The notes under the pieces were generated by a model. The model was given only the letters and a program-made list of their open reading frames with translations, did no database searches and was not told where the DNA came from. Below, in pieces: positions 21,021 through 30,579 of a stretch of 64,000 nucleotides of DNA. Numbering within the stretch: the first letter of the stretch is position 1; each line of letters begins with the position of its first letter. The stretch lies in the IMG/VR virus record IMGVR_UViG_2576861548_000003, positions 32,001 to 96,000 of that record. One strand, 5' to 3'. Source of the DNA: a virus (lineage: Duplodnaviria; Caudoviricetes). Position numbers and translations under genes: made by a program.

Positions 21021-21464
21021 ATGGAAATAAACTGTAAATACTGCCCTAAAAACGATGGTGCAGGGACGTGCAAAATAGATGACTGTCCTCTTCTTCCTAT
21101 TATACAGGAAATAGAAAAAATGCAGTCATTCCTTGAAACAACCGCTAGTGATAACCCAAAAGAACTGATAGAACGTCTTACTGACATAAATGTCTACTTG
21201 GCCCGTTCAGGAAAACTCTTAGCTGATGCAAAAGCATATCAGGATCAAGTGACTGCAAATATATATTCGCAGCACATGGAGTTTATATCGCGGGTTCCGG
21301 CTACTGTTGCAATAAAGTTTGTTGCAGCCCAAAGTGTGACTGCTAATCAGTTGGTTGTATGGCTAGATCGCATAAATCGAACACTTGTTCATGCTGGAGA
21401 TAATATACGTACGCAGATATCCTTTGCAAAGCAGGACATGGCATTGCAAAGAAAGGGATATTGA
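21021..21464 (+). CDS. Hypothetical protein
   Basis: 147-aa ORF with N-terminal Cys cluster. Confidence 0.65.
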   Translation: MEINCKYCPKNDGAGTCKIDDCPLLPIIQEIEKMQSFLETTASDNPKELIERLTDINVYLARSGKLLADAKAYQDQVTANIYSQHMEFISRVPATVAIKFVAAQSVTANQLVVWLDRINRTLVHAGDNIRTQISFAKQDMALQRKGY

Positions 21465-21495
21465 AAAAACGTTAATCACGGAAAAATAACTGATT

Positions 21496-21533
21496 TAAAG
21501 TGATTGTTTTTACGTCACTTTTGTTTAGCTTTA
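21496..21533 (+). promoter_or_regulatory. Palindromic promoter motif, copy 1 of 6
   Basis: TAAAGTGA-N11-TCACTTTT then TAGCTTTA. Confidence 0.65.
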
Positions 21534-21724
21534 CACCGTGAAAATAATGAATCATCTTAGTGGTGTTTGATGACAAAAGGATATTAAATAGGCTTTCTTG
21601 GAGTATATACCCTAAACACCACATCAAGGGTATAGAAACTCGAAAGCCTTCGCTTTTTATAGATGAATACAATAGGCATACATGGCAAATCCATTGGTTA
21701 ATTTCTAAAATACTAGATTTAATT

Positions 21725-22708
21725 ATGTCGAGACCTAATAAGACAGGTTTGAGTTATTTCCCAATGGATGTTGATTTATTCCAAGACATACGAATAAGGA
21801 AACTAATCAAGTATCAGAGTGGCAAGGCTATAACAGTATATGCTCTCCTGCTATGTCTTATCTACCAGCGTGGGTACTACATGAGGTGGGATGAAGAGTT
21901 GCCCTTCATTATATCGGAACAAACCGGGTTTGAAGAGGCGTATATACTGGAGGTCATCAGAAGCTGCATGACACTAGGGTTATTCTCCAAGAAACTGTAT
22001 GATGACGAACAAATCATTACGTCAAAAGGGATTCAAGAGCGATACCTGTATATATGTAAACTGCTCAAAAGAAGAGTGAGCATTACTGAATATTTGCTTA
22101 TTGATGAAGAAAAGGAGCTTGTTACTTCTCAAGAAACCGGGGTTATTTCCGGAAAAACCCCGGTTATTTCCGAAGAAACTGCTTTAAATTCGGTGAAAAT
22201 GCAACAAAAGAAAAGAAAGGAAAAGGAAATAAAAGAAATCTCTCTATTGAGAGATAAAGAAAAGTTTCCCCCTCCCGAGGTTGTAGACAAAACATTAAGC
22301 GAATGCTATGATGAACTATCATGTGACAGAAGTTGGATTGAAATCGTAACGATGAATACACGTAATTCCGGTCATAAGGATTTTACGATAGACATGTTCG
22401 GAATGTATTTAAAACGTTTTTTCGAGAAGCTCCAAAACGAGGGAGAGGTAAGAAAGTCTCCCAAGGATGCAAAATCGCATTTCTCCCGTTGGTTGAATAT
22501 TGAACTGAAAAAGAAAGGCAATTATGAACCAAAACCAATTACCAACAACATCTACGAGCAGAAGCGAATTGATTCTGAGCGGAGAAAATCTAAACTCATG
22601 GCTGAGTTCGCAGAAGCGGACGCAAAATTCCTTGCAGAACAAGAAGCTAAACGAAAAGCAGTTGGCTTTATTGGAGAAATATCCGACACCTTCCCGGATG
22701 GCGGTTGA
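21725..22708 (+). CDS. DUF4373/Lin1244-like replication initiator
   Basis: Likely start ATG 21725: MSRPNKTGLSYFPMDVDLFQDIRIRKL..TSKGIQERY; internal iterons. Confidence 0.85.
   Translation: MSRPNKTGLSYFPMDVDLFQDIRIRKLIKYQSGKAITVYALLLCLIYQRGYYMRWDEELPFIISEQTGFEEAYILEVIRSCMTLGLFSKKLYDDEQIITSKGIQERYLYICKLLKRRVSITEYLLIDEEKELVTSQETGVISGKTPVISEETALNSVKMQQKKRKEKEIKEISLLRDKEKFPPPEVVDKTLSECYDELSCDRSWIEIVTMNTRNSGHKDFTIDMFGMYLKRFFEKLQNEGEVRKSPKDAKSHFSRWLNIELKKKGNYEPKPITNNIYEQKRIDSERRKSKLMAEFAEADAKFLAEQEAKRKAVGFIGEISDTFPDGG
22121..22183. repeat. Three 21-bp iteron-like repeats in initiator gene (probable origin)
   Basis: GTTACTTCTCAAGAAACCGGG / GTTATTTCCGGAAAAACCCCG / GTTATTTCCGAAGAAACTGCT then A-rich tract. 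Confidence 0.7.
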
Positions 22709-23264
22709 TTACAATCCTGACCTGCAAGGGAAACTTGCGAAGTCGAATCTTACACTTGCGGATATTGCAATGAATGACAACATACCTTCGTTGTCCATCA
22801 TCCGCTCCGTGTACGGTGAAGACAATGCACTTAGGTGGATGAAAGTGCAGTTTGACAGCCTAAACGATTATGCGGAGCAAGGGAAGGGTATAGCAGACTC
22901 ACAACTGGATGAACTTTGTATCCTTGTCCTGGGTGAGTATTATTGGATGAATTTAGCTGAAATATGCAACTTCATATCCAGGCTCAAGTTGGGAAAATAT
23001 GGGCCGTTTTATGGAGCCATTGGTCCAATGAAGATTACTTGTTCGCTCCTGGAGTATATCAAAGAGCGACGTATTGACATCGAACGTTATGAACGTGAGC
23101 AATACCGCATTCAGCGACAAAAAGAGATAGAGGAGCGTGGTAATAATAGCATATCATACGCAGAATATCTTGAGCAAGAAAAGAAGCTTGTCGAAAAGGG
23201 TGATAAGGATGCTATTGAAAGAGCTTCGAAGCGTATCGGAAGCACTTGTTTGTCAACAGGTTAA
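22524..23264 (+). CDS. Replication-associated protein (DUF6633-like)
   Basis: Follows initiator; LAEICNFISRLKLGKYGPFYG. Confidence 0.6.
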   Translation: MNQNQLPTTSTSRSELILSGENLNSWLSSQKRTQNSLQNKKLNEKQLALLEKYPTPSRMAVDYNPDLQGKLAKSNLTLADIAMNDNIPSLSIIRSVYGEDNALRWMKVQFDSLNDYAEQGKGIADSQLDELCILVLGEYYWMNLAEICNFISRLKLGKYGPFYGAIGPMKITCSLLEYIKERRIDIERYEREQYRIQRQKEIEERGNNSISYAEYLEQEKKLVEKGDKDAIERASKRIGSTCLSTG

Positions 23265-23636
23265 TTAAAGATAAAGCCTTGTGAATAAAACGAGTAATGT
23301 TTGTTTACAAGTGGAAAAATAAGTAACTTTATACCTGTAAATCAGAAATATATAAAATATAAGAGCAATGAAAACAATTAGAAAATTAACTGAAAGGGAA
23401 GTGGTACTCAACAGGCTCACACAACCTATTCTTATGCCTGTTATTTACTCACTAAATTACAAAGTTAGTAACCAAACAGATGATAATTCAAGGTTATCCA
23501 GTAATTTGTAACGGCATTCATAATGCCGAAAGGCATCTTAAGCCTATGTGCAAACAATGCCTGTTGTATACCAAAGTAAAGCAGCCATCGAGAAGTTCAT
23601 GGCGCATAAGTGGAATTGAAAAATGTATCATAAATC

Positions 23637-24029
23637 ATGTTAGTAGGAACAACAAATCTTAATACGACGCTCAACCTAACCTACGTGTTGACTGACGTCG
23701 TGGAAACGCTTCTCTACGATTTGAGGAGTGAAATGGGAAAACAAGGCTATGAATTGCGTCATGATGCAAAACGCAACTTCAACACTGCGATAGCAGCAAT
23801 TCGTAAATTGAAACTTGATGTTGACAAAACGCAATTATCCACACAGGAAAACTTCGGGAATGACTCCGATTGTCTTCTTGCCTTCATTAAGCTGTTAATA
23901 GATCGCTGCGGTGATGATGACAAGAAGATGTTTGAGTTCTATAATTATATCAAACGGTATCCGTCGCAACTCGGCTTGGAGCTGTCTGATGAAAAGTGTG
24001 TGTTTGCGCATGTTTTTGAGAATAAGTAA
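23637..24029 (+). CDS. Hypothetical phage protein
   Basis: 130-aa ORF. Confidence 0.65.
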   Translation: MLVGTTNLNTTLNLTYVLTDVVETLLYDLRSEMGKQGYELRHDAKRNFNTAIAAIRKLKLDVDKTQLSTQENFGNDSDCLLAFIKLLIDRCGDDDKKMFEFYNYIKRYPSQLGLELSDEKCVFAHVFENK

Positions 24030-24217
24030 CCATTAAAACTTAGTAAAATGGACCCAAGAATACTTCTTCGTTTGGCTGCAATGTTTGTCTTTATTGCTTC
24101 GATTGTGGTTAACTTTCGAGACAGGGACGATTCAACCCTGATGTCCTTTTTATTAAATATTATTGGGTGGTTGATATTGATTTATAGTAAATTATAAACG
24201 TTTAAAACCAATAAGTA

Positions 24218-24526
24218 ATGAACAAAAATATAATCATAAAGAAAGAGAAGCCTATCTGTCAGTTAGATGGGCTTCCGGGAGTAAAAAGACGTAAGGTTGA
24301 TGCGTATAGTATCAATAATACAAGTGACATTGAATCAACCATCGAACTGGGATATGCGTGTACTTCTGCCGGAGATAATGGAGCTATAAATGTTTGGAAG
24401 GATGATGCAGGAATTATTCGCGGTGAATTAATGCGGTACTGTGTAACTGTTGAAAAAAGAACGTTTACCAGCTATGCAGAAGTGGAAAAATGCGTTAGTG
24501 ATTGGCTTGAAAGGATTAACCCATAA
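24218..24526 (+). CDS. Hypothetical protein
   Basis: 102-aa ORF. Confidence 0.6.
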   Translation: MNKNIIIKKEKPICQLDGLPGVKRRKVDAYSINNTSDIESTIELGYACTSAGDNGAINVWKDDAGIIRGELMRYCVTVEKRTFTSYAEVEKCVSDWLERINP

Positions 24527-24537
24527 CCTTTATTGTA

Positions 24538-25071
24538 ATGAACACAGAAAGAACTTTATATGAAATTGAAGTAGCTCTATCTAAAAGTGATGCTTTCAAC
24601 TTTGTACGAAATATCATAGCTTTTAATGTAAATGGTATGAGTGATAGTTTAAGTATCTGGCACGAATGCGATATGCTCGTCTTATCAAAGTCCGGTTATC
24701 TCACAGAGATTGAAATTAAGCGTAGTTGGGCTGATTTTCTTGCTGATTTCAAGAAAAGGCATACTCACGAAGGAAGAGGCATTATCAAGTATTTCTATTA
24801 CTGTGTTCCAGAATGCTTGCTTAAACAAGTTTACGATAAACTGGATGAACTAAAGGCTGACTATACAGGGATAATAACATACGATGAAGATTTAAAAATA
24901 ACACTCCACGGACATCGATGGATTACTCACGATGGAAATTATTCGTATCACTTCACCGAACAACACCCATATCGTAAGTTATTTCTTGAAGAACAGCTAC
25001 AAGTCGCTCGGTTCGGCGCAATGCGAGCAATTAAATTAAAGGAAAAGTTAATTAATAGCCATTTGGCGTAA
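24538..25071 (+). CDS. PD-(D/E)xK nuclease-like protein (MmcB-like)
   Basis: ECDML..EIEIKRSWADFLAD..FYYCVP. Confidence 0.7.
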   Translation: MNTERTLYEIEVALSKSDAFNFVRNIIAFNVNGMSDSLSIWHECDMLVLSKSGYLTEIEIKRSWADFLADFKKRHTHEGRGIIKYFYYCVPECLLKQVYDKLDELKADYTGIITYDEDLKITLHGHRWITHDGNYSYHFTEQHPYRKLFLEEQLQVARFGAMRAIKLKEKLINSHLA

Positions 25072-25258
25072 AACAGTGTAGAAATGATTCAAATTAAGAT
25101 TCGTGAGTTAATTATCTTCATTATAATCATTGCGCTATTTTCCTCTTTATTAATTAATTGTTCTCAGCATTCTTTGATAAAAGCGTTAGAACATTCAATA
25201 GAGCAAAGAGATAGCCTACTGAATGAAAGTTTTAAATTGAAATACTAATAATAAACAA

Positions 25259-26173
25259 ATGAACATTGGATTAATCGACGTGGATGGTCATAACTTCCCT
25301 AACTTTGCTCTTATGCGTACGTCTGCCTACCATAAAGATAGAGGTGATCAAGTAGAATGGGCTGCTCCTTTTAGCAAATACGATAAAGTAATTGCAAGCA
25401 AGATATTTACCTTCACTCCTGATTTTAATTACTTGACTTTGGAAGCTGGCATAATAGAGAAAGGAGGGACTGGCTATAATATAAAAAAACAATTACCATG
25501 TGAAATTGAAAGTAGCAAATCTATGGATTATTCGATCTATCCTCAATACAAGTTTTCAATTCAATTTTTTAGTCGAGGCTGCATCCGTAAATGTCCTTTC
25601 TGCCTTGTCCGTGAAAAAGAGGGGTATATTCATCCAGTGGAACCTGTTGATTTGAACCCTAAAGGAGACTGGGTTGAGGTACTGGACAATAATTTTTTTG
25701 CTAATCCGGAATGGAAAGATTCGGTTGATTATCTTCTCAAAGTGAAACAGCCCGTAAAGCTTCATGGTGTAGATGTTAGAATTATGGATGAAGAGCAGGC
25801 TTATTATCTGAATAAGCTGAAAATGAAACAGAATATTCATATCGCTTGGGATTTACCGCAGATTGATCTAACGGATAGACTAAAAGAAATGATTAAGTAC
25901 GTGAAGCCTTACAAAATAACCTGCTATGTGCTGGTAGGATTCAACTCTACTATTGAGCAGGATTTGTTTCGGCTTAATACACTAAAGAGCTTGGGTATTA
26001 CTCCTTTTGTTCAACCTTATAGGGATTTTGTGAACAAAAGAAAACCTAAGCAATATGAGTTAGATCTTGCGAGGTGGGCGAATAGAATGTGGTTGTTTAA
26101 GTCGCTTGATTTTGCAGACTTTTCACCACTCAAAGGATTTAAGTGTGATTATTATTTAAAGCAATTAGCGTAA
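25259..26173 (+). CDS. Radical SAM protein
   Basis: SRGCIRKCPFC (CxxxCxxC), LDNNF, YVLVGF. Confidence 0.88.
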   Translation: MNIGLIDVDGHNFPNFALMRTSAYHKDRGDQVEWAAPFSKYDKVIASKIFTFTPDFNYLTLEAGIIEKGGTGYNIKKQLPCEIESSKSMDYSIYPQYKFSIQFFSRGCIRKCPFCLVREKEGYIHPVEPVDLNPKGDWVEVLDNNFFANPEWKDSVDYLLKVKQPVKLHGVDVRIMDEEQAYYLNKLKMKQNIHIAWDLPQIDLTDRLKEMIKYVKPYKITCYVLVGFNSTIEQDLFRLNTLKSLGITPFVQPYRDFVNKRKPKQYELDLARWANRMWLFKSLDFADFSPLKGFKCDYYLKQLA

Positions 26174-26186
26174 AACAAAATTAGAA

Positions 26187-26624
26187 ATGAAGATAATAGC
26201 CAAACAAGATTCAGAGGGTGAGATACTGAAACAACAGAACGAACTTCTTCTGGGAGATTATGAAAGAGCGGTTGCATCCGATTGCTTTCAAGGTACGCTT
26301 GAAGAATTTAAAGAATTTCGGGAAGTTGGCTGCTGGGGAATTACCAGCATGAATCGGGACGATTTTTCAGGCTTTTCCCCAATCCCTAATGAGTTAGGAT
26401 GTGGTGTTAACGGCGCTTTAGGTCCTCTGGGTACAAACTCCGGCTCTGCCTTTATTCTTGTTCCCTCGGAGTGCAAGTATTGCAAGGTGCGTTCTTTCCC
26501 TACTCTTGAGCAAGCGGAATGCTTTGTTTCAGAGAATCCCAGAATGACTGATGTCGAAATTATCACAGAATGTGAATTTGTAAAAGCATGGAATGATAGG
26601 TTTTATCCGTTGAACCGATTATAA
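26187..26624 (+). CDS. Hypothetical protein
   Basis: 145-aa ORF. Confidence 0.55.
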   Translation: MKIIAKQDSEGEILKQQNELLLGDYERAVASDCFQGTLEEFKEFREVGCWGITSMNRDDFSGFSPIPNELGCGVNGALGPLGTNSGSAFILVPSECKYCKVRSFPTLEQAECFVSENPRMTDVEIITECEFVKAWNDRFYPLNRL

Positions 26625-27009
26625 ATACTCAAGTAGTTATGATAGAAATATTAGAATTTATCTTTCAGAGTTTCTGGCATTGGATAGGTACCGTAATACT
26701 TATAGCTGCCATTCCTGTGCCATTTGGGAGCACTCGAACCCTGTTACGTATAAAAGGGAAAAGACATGAAAAAAGTAAAACTGATAAGACATGAAGGAAC
26801 CACATACAGGCATTGGGATATGCCATTGCCGCCAATGTCGAATGGATAAGAAGCATTGCAGTTCTAAAAAAAGAAAGTTTGAGAAACGGGCTATAAATAA
26901 GTTCCGTCGGAAACAATTGAAATTAGATGAAATAATAAAATGCAATCGTTTCGGAAAATATTGGGCTTGATTCCATTAGTTCCGATTTAAAAAAAGAAAG
27001 GATATAATT

Positions 27010-27396
27010 ATGAAACAGACAATAGAAGAAGCCGAGAAAGAATATTGCGATAAGAATTATCCGTATTCAGATTTGAATATAAGGTTAATGGTGGAAAATG
27101 CGTTTGAAGCCGGAGCAGACTGGCAGGCAAAACAATCACCGTGGATAAGTGTAGAGAAGCGATTACCGGAAGTTGGTGAACTTGTTCTTTGTAGAATGGT
27201 ATCAAACGGAGCGATAGTAAGTGGATTCCTTGATCCAATTCCGAATTGTCTTCCCAAAGTGGCTACAAGGCCTGATTTTGAATTTGAAGATTACGGTTAT
27301 TATTATTGTGATTTTTGGATGCCTATCCCTTCTTTCGATGAAATACTGGAAGCTAATAGGGATGTACTAGAACGGATTAAAGAGAAAGGAGATTGA
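27010..27396 (+). CDS. DUF551-like protein (copy 2)
   Basis: SPWISVEKRLPE..WMPIP; ends near-identical to 17754..18116. Confidence 0.75.
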   Translation: MKQTIEEAEKEYCDKNYPYSDLNIRLMVENAFEAGADWQAKQSPWISVEKRLPEVGELVLCRMVSNGAIVSGFLDPIPNCLPKVATRPDFEFEDYGYYYCDFWMPIPSFDEILEANRDVLERIKEKGD

Positions 27397-27812
27397 TAAT
27401 GACAGCAAAAGAATTAAGTAAGTTAATCACTACTGGCAGAAAACTGAAAAAGTTTATTAAAGAAACTCTCCCTAAAATCAGAGAAGAGTATCAAAGACAT
27501 GGCAATAATGGAATAGATAAGCATACAGATGGATTTGGCAGAAGGGAGAGTATTCAGAGTATGAATATAAGTAATCTTTGTTATTCTTCTTTTTCTGGCA
27601 GTTGTGGAAGTGGAGATACATATTCGGATATAGCAAATATGGATACTGATTTGATGAAGGAATACTTTATCAGATATCTGAATGGGCATAAGGATGAAAT
27701 AATGGAGGGAGTAGCAGATTTAATGATAAATGATGCAAAATCAAATCAAGAAAATGCTATTAAGGAAATAGACGAATATAAAAATTCACTGCTAAAACTA
27801 TTGGAGGAATAA
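27393..27812 (+). CDS. Hypothetical protein
   Basis: 139-aa ORF. Confidence 0.6.
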   Translation: MIMTAKELSKLITTGRKLKKFIKETLPKIREEYQRHGNNGIDKHTDGFGRRESIQSMNISNLCYSSFSGSCGSGDTYSDIANMDTDLMKEYFIRYLNGHKDEIMEGVADLMINDAKSNQENAIKEIDEYKNSLLKLLEE

Positions 27813-27814
27813 TC

Positions 27815-27994
27815 ATGAAGATAACACTTCATGGGCATAGATATGTCACTCATGATGGAAATTATTCATATCATTTTGTTGAGCAACACCCATATCGTAA
27901 GTTGTTTCTTGAAGAACAGCTTCAAGTGGCTCGTTTCGGTGCAATGCGAGCAATAAAATTAAAGGAAAAGTTAATTAATAGCCATTTGGCGTAA
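27815..27994 (+). pseudogene. Duplicated 3' third of the MmcB-like gene
   Basis: MKITLHGHRYVTHDGNYSYHF..INSHLA matches the C-terminus of 24538..25071. Confidence 0.75.
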
Positions 27995-28007
27995 AACTGA
28001 TAAAATA

Positions 28008-28568
28008 ATGAATTTAAACGAACTTCGTGACAAAGCCTATAGAATAGCTTGTGACCATGGCTTTCATGATAAGGAATTAAGTAATGAACATTGCTTAATG
28101 TTAGTGATCACAGAGCTTTCCGAAGCTGTAGAAGCGGACCGAAAAGGTAGATTAGGAAAAAATTGTAAACGTCGTTTTGAAATGGAATACAATCGTTATC
28201 CTGCATTAGTAGAGGAAGAAAAACGATTTAAGTGCTCGTTTGAAAATAATGTAAAAGATTCACTTCCCGATGAACTTGCCGATGCTGCTATACGACTGTT
28301 AGACCTATGCGGGCTACGTAACATTGAGTTAGAAAATGATTGTCTGGATGATGAAGTGCTTGAAGAATATTCGCGTATATTCATTAACAAAACATTCACA
28401 GAGTCCATTTTCAATATTACTAAAAATCTTATTGATAGAGATATATCCTACTCTCTTATTAAGATTTTTGGGCTTGCTAAGCATCTCGATATTGATTTGC
28501 TCTGGCATATTGAGCAGAAACAAAGATATAATGAATTAAGACCTGTGTTGAACGGAAAAAGATATTAA
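28008..28568 (+). CDS. MazG-like NTP pyrophosphohydrolase
   Basis: LMLVITELSEAVEADRKG..DELADAAIRLLD..KQRYNELR. Confidence 0.8.
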   Translation: MNLNELRDKAYRIACDHGFHDKELSNEHCLMLVITELSEAVEADRKGRLGKNCKRRFEMEYNRYPALVEEEKRFKCSFENNVKDSLPDELADAAIRLLDLCGLRNIELENDCLDDEVLEEYSRIFINKTFTESIFNITKNLIDRDISYSLIKIFGLAKHLDIDLLWHIEQKQRYNELRPVLNGKRY

Positions 28569-28570
28569 TC

Positions 28571-28972
28571 ATGAACAGAGAAATAATATTCAGAGGGAAA
28601 AGCACAAATAATGGTAAATGGGTGTATGCAAAATTACATGGGTTTGGCATGGACTTATTTAATGAGTGTGTACAGGAGAATACTGTTGGGCAGTTCACCG
28701 GCTTGCATGACAAGAACGGAAAAGAAATATACGAAGGTGATATTGTTGAACGAATAGTTACAAATGGATACGGTTTTGGTTTTATAGGTGAAGTGGGCTT
28801 TGATAATGGAGTTTTTGGTATAAAACATAAGACTTATAAAGGTTACATTGTATCCAGTTTTGTATATTCTTCGGATTGGAATGATGGTCATGCGCACGGA
28901 ACTGTTTTATATGAATATGAACTAAAAGGAAATATCTACGATAATCCAGAGTTAATCAAGGAGGAATTATGA
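28571..28972 (+). CDS. YopX-family protein (copy 1)
   Basis: REIIFRGK..VGQFTGLHDKNGKEIYEGDIV..GNIYDNPEL. Confidence 0.9.
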   Translation: MNREIIFRGKSTNNGKWVYAKLHGFGMDLFNECVQENTVGQFTGLHDKNGKEIYEGDIVERIVTNGYGFGFIGEVGFDNGVFGIKHKTYKGYIVSSFVYSSDWNDGHAHGTVLYEYELKGNIYDNPELIKEEL

Positions 28973-29613
28973 AAAAGATACTTTTTAATGATAAATTTGG
29001 ACTTACACAGGCTGTTCTTGACGGTCGGAAGACGATGACGAGAAGGGCAATAACTTGTCCGAGAACCTTTAGAGGTGAATGGGTTGCAGGATTCAATGTG
29101 CATATCCAGCAATCTGACAGGAAAATAGTTGATTATCCTTGTATGTACGATGCAGACGAAAGGGAATTTGATGGGGGCCAAATACTTCCAAAATACAAAG
29201 TAGGCGAAGTGGTTGCTATTGCGCAATGCTATATGGATATTGACCAGTTTCACCGAAATGGTAAAAATGCAGCTTATTTAGAACTGTTACCTGGACTGAA
29301 ATTATATCCAGGATGGGGTAACAAAATGTTTGTTAGATCTGATCTAATGCTACATCATATCCGTATTACTGATATCAAAGTCGAGCGCCTAAAGGGTATA
29401 TCTGATACAGATTGCTTACGTGAGGGAATAGTGAAGGGGCAATGCGGCTCAAAAGAAACACATTTCTTGGATGCTTATTATCTGCCTGTTTCCTACCAAC
29501 CATATTGTACTCCGCAAGAAGCTTTTTCCGTATTAATAGACAAAATTTCTGGTAGAGGTACATGGGAGTCTAATCCCTACGTATGGGTATATGAGTTTGA
29601 ATTGGTTGATTAA
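28969..29613 (+). CDS. ASCH/PUA-like phage protein
   Basis: AVLDGRKTMTRR..IRITDIKVERL..WESNPYVWVYEF. Confidence 0.7.
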   Translation: MKKILFNDKFGLTQAVLDGRKTMTRRAITCPRTFRGEWVAGFNVHIQQSDRKIVDYPCMYDADEREFDGGQILPKYKVGEVVAIAQCYMDIDQFHRNGKNAAYLELLPGLKLYPGWGNKMFVRSDLMLHHIRITDIKVERLKGISDTDCLREGIVKGQCGSKETHFLDAYYLPVSYQPYCTPQEAFSVLIDKISGRGTWESNPYVWVYEFELVD

Positions 29614-29671
29614 TTGCTTGTTATTTAGTAAGTTAAACAAAGTTTAAGTAAAAGTTTTTAGATTGTTTTAT

Positions 29672-29753
29672 TTTGGTTAACTCGTTGATAATGACTATCT
29701 TTACAATACTAAAAGAAACCAATAATACTAATCATTAAAAGACAAGAGCAATG
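29672..29753 (+). promoter_or_regulatory. 82-bp promoter/leader cassette, copy A
   Basis: 75/82 identical to 41418..41499 by manual count; contains TATCTTTAC. Confidence 0.75.
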
Positions 29754-30401
29754 AATACTTACCACAAATTCTGTCCAAATGTATTTTTAGCAAAGTGCGA
29801 AGAAAAGCACGAAAGAGGTGAAGAAATTCTAGTTACCACTAGGTATGGCAAAGAAAACGAAAGCATAGTTTTCAATCTAATTTTTGAGAAAGACGGTTTT
29901 TACTATTACTCCATCGTACGTGCTGACGGTTTTAACGTTCAGGAATGGGCTAAGCAAAGAGCGGAACGCAGACGTGAATGGGTTATATCGGCAGAACGTA
30001 AAAGTAAAGAGTACTTTGACAGGTCTAATAAAGATAGAGATTTTCTTTCACTTGGTGAACCTATCAAGATTGGTCACCATAGTGAAAAACGTCATAGAAA
30101 AGCAATAGAGGATGCTTGGAATAATACCGAAAAAGCTGTTGCATTCAGCGATAAGGCTTTAGAGCATGAAAGCAAAGCCGAATATTGGGACAAGCGCGCT
30201 AATACAATCAATTTGTCTATGCCGGAAAGCATTGACTTCTACGAACACAAGTTGGAACAAGCGAAAGAATACCATGAAGGTGTAAAGTCTGGCAAATATC
30301 CGCGTGAACATGCTTATACTCTTACTTATTCCAAGAAAGCAGTTAATGAAGCACAAAAGAATTACGAACTGGCTAAAAAGTTGTGGGGAGACGAACTATG
30401 A
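29751..30401 (+). CDS. DUF3560-like protein
   Basis: GEPIKIGHHSEKRHRK. Confidence 0.8.
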   Translation: MNTYHKFCPNVFLAKCEEKHERGEEILVTTRYGKENESIVFNLIFEKDGFYYYSIVRADGFNVQEWAKQRAERRREWVISAERKSKEYFDRSNKDRDFLSLGEPIKIGHHSEKRHRKAIEDAWNNTEKAVAFSDKALEHESKAEYWDKRANTINLSMPESIDFYEHKLEQAKEYHEGVKSGKYPREHAYTLTYSKKAVNEAQKNYELAKKLWGDEL

Positions 30402-30579
30402 ATATATCACTATTAAGTCTTACTGACAAACAGGAATATGCCGTAAGGAATATCCTGCAATCATTAGATAATGCAAAAGTTTTCTGCTCGTATCTTGATA
30501 AGAATGATTTGAGAAAAGAGCTGGAGGATATGATTGAACGATTCATTAAACAAACCGAAAAGAAAATCAATGAAAATTT

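Noticed and set aside
21560-21724. N-terminal extension of the initiator ORF given in the track
   Set aside because: Overlaps the structured leader; family-like sequence begins at ATG 21725
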